IMG/VR virus record: IMGVR_UViG_3300032116_015700
Span: 27,094-91,093 of that record
Length of the DNA stretch: 64,000 nucleotides
Reading direction: 5' to 3' (one strand)
DNA from: a virus
Part shown: piece after piece, positions 19,701-28,274 of the stretch
Layout: each line of letters starts with the position of its first letter
Numbering within the stretch: position 1 is the stretch's first letter
Made by a program: the position numbers and the translations under genes
Notes under the pieces: model-generated
Told to the model about the DNA's origin: nothing
The model's input: only the letters and a program-made list of their open reading frames with translations
The model's database searches: none

Positions 19701-22700
19701 CTGATGTTGCAGATGTACCAGAACTACCCGAACTTCCTGAGGTGCCAGATGTACCAGAACTTCCTGATGTGCCACTTGTACCAGAAGAACCAGATGTGCC
19801 TCCACTACCTGATGTTCCCGATGTACCATCTGAACCAGTTGTACCAGAACTTCCAGATGTACCAGAACTTCCTGAGGTGCCACTTGTGCCAGAAGAACCC
19901 GATGTGCCACTTGTGCCAGATGTGCCGGATGTGCCCGAACTTCCAGAACTACCAGATGTGCCGGAGCTTCCACTTGTACCTGCAGTGCCACTACTTCCAG
20001 ATGTACCAGAACTACCAGATGAACCTGTTGTACCAGAGCTTCCGCTTGTACCAGAGCTGCCGCTAGAACCTGATGAGCCGGAAGTACCAGATGAGCCGGA
20101 ACTTCCTGAACTTCCGCTAGAGCCAGAGCTTCCGGAAGTTCCAGCAGTACCAGATGAACCAGAACTACCAGAAGAACCTGATGAACCATCGGTACCAGAT
20201 GTGCCACTAGAACCCGAACTACCTGCAGAGCCAGTTGAGCCAGAAGTACCAGAAGTTCCCGATGAACCAGATGAACCATCAAAACCAGAAGTACCACCTG
20301 TACCAGAAGAACCTACCGCTGCTGCTACGTTTCTATATGCTAATCTTTTTGTTATTGGGTCCCAAATTACCACCTCATTTGAAGAACCAGATGGTAAACT
20401 TTGTAATGCTACACTACTACTAAAAAATACACTTCCACTTACACCTAAACTTCCACTAATTGTAAGTGATGCATTTATTGTTTGGTTTGTATTGATGTTT
20501 AAGAATGATGATGTATCGGATGATGGGGTATTTAATGCAAACATTGCATAAGATGCAGTTCTTGCAAAAGTTATACTATCCATTCCCAATGGACCATCAA
20601 CATCAGATGAAAGTACATAGGATGCTGTCAATGATGTTTGTGCTAATCCACCATTTATAGTTACTAATACACCATCCGAGCCAGATGCAATTACATCAAC
20701 ACCCGAACCACTAAAGTTAATTTTAGCAACTTGAGATTTTGTTAATGAACCGGTATGGAAAATAAATAAATCAGTTCCTCCACCTTGTCCAGCATTTAAT
20801 GCGTAAGATGCGGTTAATGCGTAAGATGAACTTACTGCACTAAATACCGCCATTGAAGATGTTTGGTTATTTCTTACATATTCATTTGCATTTGCTAATG
20901 ATGCAGATAAAGCCGAAAGTGATGCTGAATCAAATCCAGTTACCGCATCAGCAAATCCTGCTTTAACAGCGTATGATGCAGAAAGTACAGTACCAAACAC
21001 TCTATCACCAGGTATCGTACCATTAATCAATGAACCACCACTACCAATTACAACGTGTCCAGAGGTTAATCCAGCAAATATTAATTGAATAGTATCATCA
21101 TCAATTGATTTTACAGTACCAGGTATAATTTGGTCTTCCGAACCTGTTGCGTAAACTTGTACAACTGGATATCTAATACCCAAATTATGTACAATTGTTA
21201 AAGTACTTACATTATTAAAAGATACAGTTTCAGTTAATGAAGTTTCAGGTTGTGGTACAAAATATCCTCTCGCTTCGTCAAATCTTAAAATATCATATTC
21301 AGCAGATGCAGTTGGTCCTACTCCTTGGAAATTGTATGTACCCAAGAATGAACCACTAACTAATGGAGAAAATAAATAATGACTTGCCGTAATTTCATTT
21401 GCTCTCAATCTACCATCAACATAAGAATCACCCCAAACAAATGAAGATGTATTAACTACAAATCCTTTATCAGGTGAAATTGATGCCGTTGCTGAACCAC
21501 TCTTTAATATAAATGTTTCAAACGATAAGTTAGCAATATTGATATTTGTCAATCCACTACCATCACCAAAGAAAACAGAACCAGAGTTTGCTACAATGTT
21601 TCCACCTGTAACGAACAATGCACCGGTTACACTTAAGTTACCAGATACGAATGTTCTAGTTCCAATTTGCAATCCTTTATTTGGTGATATTACTGCTTCA
21701 ACTGAACCAGACTGAATTCTATCAATCTTTAAATCATCTAATGCTTCCGGTGGGATATTAAATAATCCACTACCATCTCCGTCATATCTTGCAGCAGTAA
21801 TTGGTACGTTTACATTTAATATATTTGGGTCAATAATAGCAACGCCTGAGCCAGAGTTAATTTTAAATAACTCCAAGTTTTCAATCGCATCAGGTGGGAT
21901 ATTAAATAATCCGCCACCATCACCAAAATATATTGATGCTGTAATTGCACCACTAACCGCCAATGAGGCTGTAATTTCTGCTTTAAATGAGCCAGATTGA
22001 GGTGAAGTTATGACTTGAAATCTATCACCACTTGCTACCGATGCGGTTGCACTACCACTAGCAATCAAAGGAGATGCTGCCGCAACTACGTTTGTTAATT
22101 GAGAACCATCTCCAACAAATGCAAACGCTGTAATACTACCACTAACATCTACAGAACCAGTAATTCTAGTTCCAATTTGTGAACCAGTTGCTCCGGTTGT
22201 TACAATAAATGTATCTCCACTTTGAACTGATGCTGTTGCCGAACCACTACCAATGAATGGTGCAGCTGCCGCTTGTACATTAGTAATATAAGAACCATCA
22301 CCAACAAGATATTGTGCTTTAACACTTCCACTTACATCAATAGAACCAGTGAATCTAGAACCATATTGTACATCCAAACCACTACCAGTTGCTGCAGTTG
22401 TAATAATAAATGTATCACCACTTTGAACGGATGCAGTTGCACTACCACTAGCAATTAATGGTGCTGCTGCCGCTTGTACATTTGTAATATATCTACCGTC
22501 ACCAAATAAGAATTCAGTTGCTCTTATACTTCCACTAACTTCAATAGAACCAGTGAATTGAGAACCAACTTGCGATTGTGTGAATGGAGTTATTACTCTA
22601 AATCCTTCATCAGGAGTAACCGATGCAGTTACTGAACCTGATTTGATTTCAGTACTAATAAGTGCATCTTCTGTTAATGCTGATTTTGGAATACGTCTTA

Positions 22701-25700
22701 AATAAGTACCTTCAGCGTATATGAATGAACTAGAATCAATAAATAATCCGCCACTTATATCTGATATAAATAAACTACCACTTACTGAAACAGAACCTGT
22801 AAATTGAGATGCAATAGATGCCGTAAACGAACCATCTTCACCAAATGATGATGTAAATGGAGTTAGTACAACGAATCCAAAATCAGGAGATACCGATGCT
22901 GTTACGGATCCAGATTTAATTTCAGCAGATATTAATGCATCTTCAGTAAGTGCTGAACGAGGTATGTTTCTTAAATATGCACCCTCTCCAAAGAAATTAG
23001 AAGATGATTCAAGCAATAATGCTCCAGAAGTTGCATTTATTATCATACTACCAGTAATCAATAAGCTACCGGTAAATTGTGAACCACTATCTACGGATTC
23101 TACTTTAAATCCATAATCAGGTGCTACTGAAGCGGTTACGCTTCCACTCGCTATACGGAATACTTCTTCTGATAATGCTGAACGAGGTATATCAAATAAT
23201 CCTCTACCACTACCACTATACATTGAAGCGGTTAATGTACCTTCTATTTTAGTTGCACCAATAAATTTAATTTCCGCAGGTATTACAATTGAATCTACAA
23301 TATTCATTGTACCTGCCATAGATGAATGCAATTGACAGTTATAATACAAAACATTTGGAGAACCAGATGGTGGAGTAAATGTTATTGTTCCATTATCAGT
23401 ACCATTGTTAGATACTCCACTATTATATTGATTTGCAGTACCTGTTGTTTGTGTTGTCTTAATTAAGAATGGGTGTCCACTTGCATTTATGTTAAAAGTA
23501 TGAGTGACACCTCTTACTAAAGTAAGTGTTGGATTTGAACCTTGTATTGAACCACTAAACACATACTCACCACTTCCATTATTAGTTACATTATAAACAG
23601 GAAATAAAGATGAAGTTAGTACTTCTCTTGCCGATGATGAAACTATAAAACTACCACTAATTGTGGAATATGTATTAACCTCAAATCCTCTATCAGGTGC
23701 TATTGATGCTGTTACACTTCCACTAAATATTTTTGTAGAATCAATTGCTAAATTGGCTAATGTAATATTTGTTAATTTAGAACCATCCCCAACAAAGAAA
23801 GAACCACTTTCTACATAAAGACTTCCACTTACTCTTACACTACCAGTAAAGAATGAACCACTTGCGGCAGATTTAACTACAAATCCAAAATTAGGTGAAA
23901 CTGATGCCGTTACTGAACCAGATTTGATTTCAGTTGATATCAATGCATCTTCACTTAATGCATTTCTTGGAATATTTCTTAAATAAGTACCTTCACCAAA
24001 ATATGCAGATGATGAATCTAAAATTAATGAGCCCGATGTTGTTGTTACTCTTAAACTTCCAGTTATAGCAACACTACCCGTTATTCTAGAACCCAAATCT
24101 GACGATTCAACGATAAATCCTCTATCAGGTAATGCAGAGGCAGTAACACTACCACTTGCAATTCTAAATAATTCTTGCGAAAGTGCTGAAAACGGAATAT
24201 CTGTCAATCCAGCACCACTACCACTAAATACCGATGCGGAAACTCCCATTCTAAATCTTGCACTGCCACTTACACTTAAACTACCACTAAATGCAGAACC
24301 ACTTGCTACTGAATTTACTACAAATCCAAAATTAGGTGCTACTGAAGCGGTAACGCTACCACTAAAGATTTTAGAAGTATCTAAATCAGATATTGCGGAA
24401 CGAGGTATATCAAATAAATTTCTACCGCTACCAGAATATGATGAACCGGATGATAAGAATACACCACCTCCACTTATGAATAAACTTCCACTAAATCTTG
24501 AACCACTTGTTATTGATTCTACTCTAAATCCAAAATTAGGTGCTACCGATGCGGTTACACTACCACTAGCAATTAACGAAATATCAAAAGATAAAGCAGA
24601 ACGTGGAATATCGTAAAGAAATCTACCACTACCACTAAATGAAGAACCCGTCTCCAAAAATACACCACCACCAGTAATAAACAACGAACCAGTGAATCTA
24701 GAACCAAATTCAGCAGATTCAACTTTAAAACCAACACTATCAGGATTTACTGATGCGGTTACACTACCACTTGAAATTCTGTTTGATACTTCCGATGGAA
24801 CATTTCTCAATCCACTACCATCTCCTACAAAAGAACCAGATACTAAAGAAGCACTGACTATAAAAGCTCTCAAACTACCACTTATATCAACAGAACCTGT
24901 AAATTGAGAACCATACGCTGAGCCCGTTCTATCGGTTTCAACTTTGAATCCAAAATCAGGTGTTGTTGATGCGGTAATTGAACCTGATGCTATTCTAAAT
25001 GCATCACCGGTAAATGCAGAACGTGGAATATTAAATAATCCACTACCATCTCCTTGAAAGAATGAACCACTAAAAGAGCCTGTAAATTCCCTTGCTCTTA
25101 CATAATCTCTTACATACAATCCACCACTTATAGCAGTATTGCCTTCAAATAAAATTCTATCTTGAAGATATAAGTTATCAACTATACTCATTGATGCACC
25201 CATCGCAGAGTGGAATTGACACTGATAAAATAAAGTATCAGGTGAACCCGAAGGAGGTGTGAAATATACTGAACCACTATCTTCACCGTTATTTACAACT
25301 CCAGTATTATATTGTGCTGCTGTACCAGTTGTGGCAGTTGTTTTTATAAAGAAAGGATGCCCGTTTGCATTTACTTCAAAGCGGTAAGTTACCCCTCTTA
25401 CTAAAGTCAATGCTGGGTTTTGTCCACTTGCTGCACCATCAAATACATATGCAGATGAACCAGCTGAAGTTACATAAAAATAATTTGGTATTGATGAGGT
25501 TGCTAGCGGTTCTGCTGAAGATGATACTACAAAACTACCACTAATTGTTGAACGAGTATTTACAGTAAATCCGTAATCTGGTGTAATTGATGCGGTATAT
25601 GAACCACTAAATATTTTTGATGTATCTAAATCAGATATTGCCGTTTTTGGAATATCAAAAAGGAATCTACCGCTACCAGAATAAGAACCAGAATATAATT

Positions 25701-27255
25701 CTACTCTACTACCACTTATTTTTAAACTACCGGTAAATTGAGAACCACTTGCTTCTGATATTACCTGAAATCCTTTATCCAAAGAAACTGATGCGGTCAC
25801 CGAACCAGTCTGAATTCTTGTTGCTGCTACAACTTCTTCTGCTAAAGCGGATAATGGAATATTAAATAATCCCTCACCACTACCAGAATAAAAAGAACCA
25901 TCTGCTAATTGAACAATACCACCGGTTACAAATAAAGAACCAGTAAATTTTGAACCACTAAAAGGTGATGTTACTACAAACCCCCTATCAGGAGAAACTG
26001 ATGCAGTTACGCTACCACTTTTAATTTCTACTGATATTAATGCATCTTCGGTAAGTGCATTTCTTGGAATATTTCTTAAATAAGTACCTTCACCAAAATA
26101 TGCAGATGATGAACCCAAAATAAGTGCACCGCTTGTAGCAGTAATAATCATACTTCCGGTAATAAACACACTACCTGTAATACGAGAACCACTATCTACT
26201 GAAATTACTTGAAATCCAAAATTTGGTGCTACTGAAGCAGTTACTGAACCGGATTTGATTTCGGTACTAATTAAAGCATCTTCAGTAAGTGCCGAACGAG
26301 GTATTTCTCTCAAATATTTACCTTCACCATAATATACTGAACCTGACCTTAATTGTATAGAGCCACTAAATGGATTTATAAATAAACTACCAGATATATC
26401 AACACTACCAGTAAATTCTGAACCACTCTCTATTGATTCTACTCTAAATCCAAATTCAGGTGTTACAGATGCGGTTATAGAACCTGTTGCCAATTTAGTA
26501 GCTTCAGGCAGATTTATTAAATTTCTACCATCACCAAAAAATGAACCAGTAAATGAACCGCTAAAAGAACCTGTCAATTCCGCAGAACCTGTGAAAGTAC
26601 CAAAAGCGCTTGCACTTCCTATAAATGAACCCGTAAGATTACCTGATATAGTTGAACCAGAAATCACATATGCATTTAATCTATCTCTTACTTCTACCGA
26701 ACCTGTAAATTGTTGTATATCAGTTTCCTCATCACCAAATACATTTGAACCTGATGAGTAAATTATTGAAGAAGAAATATAAGATACTAAAATCTGCTCA
26801 GCGTATATTGTATCATCTACATATAAATCACCTTGTATCCTAGTATTTGTATTGACTAATAAATCATTATTAATAAAAGAGGCAGTTGCCGAACCACTTG
26901 CTATAAAAGTTGCATCAGGTAGATTTCTTAATCCACTACCATCACCACTAAACGAACCGGAAAAAGAGCCGGAAAAAGAACCCGTAAAACTACCACTTAA
27001 TGATGTAGCACTACCAGTAAAAGAACCTGTAAATTGTCCAGTTACTCTATCTAAATCTAAACTCCTTACAAATCCTCTATTACCCTGGTCATCCGAAACT
27101 ACTATCGCAGGGGAGCCAGAAAGTGAAGCAGAAAAGTTTGGAACACCTAAATTTGGTTCAACTTGAGATAAATCTATAAATTGATACCTATCCGGTGTTA
27201 CATTTTTGGGTGAAACTACCCTTACCCTACCCGTTAAAAGATTACTTATTGCCAT
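16714..27255 (-). CDS. Giant Ser/Gly/Thr-rich fibre protein (3513 aa)
   Basis: About 22 SGSVTAS-type beta repeats, two cupredoxin-like domains, a ~1040-aa Gly-X-Y tract, and a C-terminal WPASVDWPGGTAP-type tip domain. Confidence 0.8.
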   Translation of the reverse strand: MAISNLLTGRVRVVSPKNVTPDRYQFIDLSQVEPNLGVPNFSASLSGSPAIVVSDDQGNRGFVRSLDLDRVTGQFTGSFTGSATSLSGSFTGSFSGSFSGSFSGDGSGLRNLPDATFIASGSATASFINNDLLVNTNTRIQGDLYVDDTIYAEQILVSYISSSIIYSSGSNVFGDEETDIQQFTGSVEVRDRLNAYVISGSTISGNLTGSFIGSASAFGTFTGSAELTGSFSGSFTGSFFGDGRNLINLPEATKLATGSITASVTPEFGFRVESIESGSEFTGSVDISGSLFINPFSGSIQLRSGSVYYGEGKYLREIPRSALTEDALISTEIKSGSVTASVAPNFGFQVISVDSGSRITGSVFITGSMIITATSGALILGSSSAYFGEGTYLRNIPRNALTEDALISVEIKSGSVTASVSPDRGFVVTSPFSGSKFTGSLFVTGGIVQLADGSFYSGSGEGLFNIPLSALAEEVVAATRIQTGSVTASVSLDKGFQVISEASGSQFTGSLKISGSRVELYSGSYSGSGRFLFDIPKTAISDLDTSKIFSGSYTASITPDYGFTVNTRSTISGSFVVSSSAEPLATSSIPNYFYVTSAGSSAYVFDGAASGQNPALTLVRGVTYRFEVNANGHPFFIKTTATTGTAAQYNTGVVNNGEDSGSVYFTPPSGSPDTLFYQCQFHSAMGASMSIVDNLYLQDRILFEGNTAISGGLYVRDYVRAREFTGSFSGSFFQGDGSGLFNIPRSAFTGDAFRIASGSITASTTPDFGFKVETDRTGSAYGSQFTGSVDISGSLRAFIVSASLVSGSFVGDGSGLRNVPSEVSNRISSGSVTASVNPDSVGFKVESAEFGSRFTGSLFITGGGVFLETGSSFSGSGRFLYDIPRSALSFDISLIASGSVTASVAPNFGFRVESITSGSRFSGSLFISGGGVFLSSGSSYSGSGRNLFDIPRSAISDLDTSKIFSGSVTASVAPNFGFVVNSVASGSAFSGSLSVSGSARFRMGVSASVFSGSGAGLTDIPFSALSQELFRIASGSVTASALPDRGFIVESSDLGSRITGSVAITGSLRVTTTSGSLILDSSSAYFGEGTYLRNIPRNALSEDALISTEIKSGSVTASVSPNFGFVVKSAASGSFFTGSVRVSGSLYVESGSFFVGDGSKLTNITLANLAIDSTKIFSGSVTASIAPDRGFEVNTYSTISGSFIVSSSAREVLTSSLFPVYNVTNNGSGEYVFSGSIQGSNPTLTLVRGVTHTFNINASGHPFLIKTTQTTGTANQYNSGVSNNGTDNGTITFTPPSGSPNVLYYNCQLHSSMAGTMNIVDSIVIPAEIKFIGATKIEGTLTASMYSGSGRGLFDIPRSALSEEVFRIASGSVTASVAPDYGFKVESVDSGSQFTGSLLITGSMIINATSGALLLESSSNFFGEGAYLRNIPRSALTEDALISAEIKSGSVTASVSPDFGFVVLTPFTSSFGEDGSFTASIASQFTGSVSVSGSLFISDISGGLFIDSSSFIYAEGTYLRRIPKSALTEDALISTEIKSGSVTASVTPDEGFRVITPFTQSQVGSQFTGSIEVSGSIRATEFLFGDGRYITNVQAAAAPLIASGSATASVQSGDTFIITTAATGSGLDVQYGSRFTGSIDVSGSVKAQYLVGDGSYITNVQAAAAPFIGSGSATASVQSGDTFIVTTGATGSQIGTRITGSVDVSGSITAFAFVGDGSQLTNVVAAASPLIASGSATASVASGDRFQVITSPQSGSFKAEITASLAVSGAITASIYFGDGGGLFNIPPDAIENLELFKINSGSGVAIIDPNILNVNVPITAARYDGDGSGLFNIPPEALDDLKIDRIQSGSVEAVISPNKGLQIGTRTFVSGNLSVTGALFVTGGNIVANSGSVFFGDGSGLTNINIANLSFETFILKSGSATASISPDKGFVVNTSSFVWGDSYVDGRLRANEITASHYLFSPLVSGSFLGTYNFQGVGPTASAEYDILRFDEARGYFVPQPETSLTETVSFNNVSTLTIVHNLGIRYPVVQVYATGSEDQIIPGTVKSIDDDTIQLIFAGLTSGHVVIGSGGSLINGTIPGDRVFGTVLSASYAVKAGFADAVTGFDSASLSALSASLANANEYVRNNQTSSMAVFSAVSSSYALTASYALNAGQGGGTDLFIFHTGSLTKSQVAKINFSGSGVDVIASGSDGVLVTINGGLAQTSLTASYVLSSDVDGPLGMDSITFARTASYAMFALNTPSSDTSSFLNINTNQTINASLTISGSLGVSGSVFFSSSVALQSLPSGSSNEVVIWDPITKRLAYRNVAAAVGSSGTGGTSGFDGSSGSSGTSGTSGSTGSAGSSGSSGTSGTDGSSGSSGSSGSSGTAGTSGSSGSSGSSGSSGSSGTSGSSGSSGSSGTSGSSGTTGSSGSSGTSGSSGTAGTSGSSGTSGSSGSSGTSGTSGTSGTSGSSGTSGTSGSSGTSGSSGTTGSDGTSGTSGSGGTSGSSGTSGTSGSSGTSGTSGSSGSSGTSATSGSGGTSGSGGTAGTSGTTGTGGSSGTSGSSGTSGSSGSSATAGTGGTSGTSGTSGSSGSGGSSGTSGSDGTSGTSGTSGSSGEAGTSGTSGSGGTSGTSGTSGTSGSSGSSGTTGSAGTSGSSGTSGVDGTSGTSGSSGSSGSSGSSGTTGSSGSSGSSGSSGTSGSSGTSGSSGTTGSSGTTGSSGTSGSSGTAGSSGVDGTSGTSGTSGTSGSSGSSGSSGSSGTSGSDGSSGTDGSSGSAGSSGSSGSSGSSGTSGSSGSSGSSGTAGSSGTDGSSGSGGSSGTAGSSGTTGSSGTTGSDGTSGIDGTSGSSGSSGSSGSSSTSGSSGTTGSSGTTGSEGTSGTSGSDGSSGTDGSSGSAGSSGSAGSSGSSGTTGSSGTTGSDGTSGIDGSSGTSGSSGTDGSSGSGGTSGTSGSSGSSGSSGLNGTFFGSSGTSGSSGSSGSSGSGGSSGSSGSDGTTGSAGTSGLDGTYFGSSGTSGTNGTTGTAGSSGLDGTSGSSGLSGTDGTSGSGGTSGLDGTYFGSSGTTGTSGTGGTSGVDGTSGISGSSGSSGSSGLNGTFFGSSGSSGSSGSSGESGTSGSGGTTGSAGSSGSSGSSGLNGTFFGSSGTAGSSGSTGTAGSSGLDGTGGTSGTSGSSGSSGLNGTFFGSSGTSGSSGSTGTAGSSGVSGTDGTSGSSGSSGLNGTFFGSSGTAGSSGSNGTSGVNGTNGSAGSSGSTGTDGTSGTSGSSGLNGTFFGSSGTSGTSGAQGSQGDAGTSGTSGTTPPGFTSGTSGTDGFSGTSGSSGTSTPGISSGTSGSAGVSGTSGTSALGVTSGTNGSSGVNGTNGTSGFASFSGTLDNGVLTLEGTPPNVRVEDNMTFNGSTLAITGNVTVTTSIAASTFISATTFRETYADQGTGGSVTIDLSTGNNFRRQFNGAATIAFSNPPASNAFGFTLTTVNAGAFAITWPASVDWPGGTAPVLTSAGTDVLTFFTFNGGTTYYGFVVGKNIS
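17200..20313 (-). repeat. ~1040-aa nearly proline-free Gly-X-Y tract
   Basis: (GSS/GTS/GTT/GSA/GTD)n with eight GL[N/D]GT[F/Y]F interruptions in the distal part. Confidence 0.9.
21400..26950 (-). repeat. ~22 degenerate 65-80 aa repeats (SGSVTASVxPxxGFxV...FTGS...GxGxxLxNIP)
   Basis: Counted by eye in the translation; boundaries approximate. Confidence 0.8.
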
Positions 27256-27274
27256 TCGTACTTACCAGCTTTGT

Positions 27275-27304
27275 TATAAATATCTAAAAAATCACCTATA
27301 AATA
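27275..27304 (-). promoter_or_regulatory. Two tandem putative late-promoter motifs
   Basis: Plus-strand TATAAATA at 27275-27282 and 27297-27304, upstream of ATG 27255. Confidence 0.55.
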
Positions 27305-27324
27305 TTAATAGATAATTTATATCG

Positions 27325-28257
27325 TTATTCATTTGCAGATTCAAGAAGTGAAAGAATTACTGATAAATCTGGCGAGCCAGAAACAATAAAGCCATATCCT
27401 TCCTCTAATACTAATTTACCTGCTACAACAGGTGAAAGTGAATCCGCTGCCGGAATTGTTACGTTTGTAACCAACTGAATAGGATTTTGTGCTATTAAAG
27501 TTGGATTTTCAATTGTGTTTATTACAGTATTTACTAATCCATTTATAACATAAGCAGAACTACTAAATTGTAAAGTTGTAGGACTAAAAGAATTAAAAGA
27601 TTGAGTTACTGTGTTTTGATACAATCTACTAACAAATTGAGATGCTGTTACTGATTGATTTTTTATTACTTGTTGACTTAAATAATTAAAATATTCTAAA
27701 GCGTCTAACGATGATGAATATTCCTCAGGAAAATTTGTTTTTATAATATTAATACCGTTTTTTGTAAAATATGATTTTGCAGCTTTATCAGTTCTAATTT
27801 TTAGATTATTATCTAAATCATAAGAAATTGCGTCTGCTAAATCTAAAGCGTAATTTTCAAATCTTGAAGAAGTAAATACAAAAGGAGTTTCAGAAAGATT
27901 ATTTTGAAATGATGAATATGCAGCCACTTCTTTTCTTAAAAATTGTCTATTAAGAGCCAGAAGTGCCGATGCACTATCAAAACTTCCACTAAAATTATCT
28001 AATGTTACAAACCCACCAACAGATGCGCTTATAAAAGAACTACCACTATAAACACCTTCAAAAGATGGTAATGGAATTTCTCTATTAGATGTTACTAATA
28101 TAGTTACAGGCTGTGTAACAAAACTATTGTTTGTAATTTGTGCAGAAAGAACAATTGATGAAACACCTACCGGCGTAACATAAACTTCATCCTGCTCACC
28201 AGTCAGAGATGTTACTACTGACTGAAATCGGTTTAACGGTACAAATACATTTGCCAT
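27325..28257 (-). CDS. Fibre adaptor with an inserted helical domain
   Basis: Both termini align with the 110-aa protein (VYVTP...KLVLEEG...SLLE); the middle resembles one repeat unit of the 4363-aa protein. Confidence 0.6.
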   Translation of the reverse strand: MANVFVPLNRFQSVVTSLTGEQDEVYVTPVGVSSIVLSAQITNNSFVTQPVTILVTSNREIPLPSFEGVYSGSSFISASVGGFVTLDNFSGSFDSASALLALNRQFLRKEVAAYSSFQNNLSETPFVFTSSRFENYALDLADAISYDLDNNLKIRTDKAAKSYFTKNGINIIKTNFPEEYSSSLDALEYFNYLSQQVIKNQSVTASQFVSRLYQNTVTQSFNSFSPTTLQFSSSAYVINGLVNTVINTIENPTLIAQNPIQLVTNVTIPAADSLSPVVAGKLVLEEGYGFIVSGSPDLSVILSLLESANE

Positions 28258-28274
28258 TTCTTTTTATTTTCCTT

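Noticed and set aside
17200-20313. Possible CRISPR array or DNA tandem repeat
   Set aside because: 9-nt periodicity with scrambled third positions inside an ORF; no identical repeats with unique spacers
12155-20551. Long Pro/Glu/Val-rich plus-strand ORFs (e.g. 793, 399 and 363 aa) and alternate-frame V/L/H/Q-rich ORFs
   Set aside because: Shadow frames of the Gly-Ser-Thr tracts: GGN/TCN/ACN codons give few stops in other frames, and the ORFs coincide with the tracts
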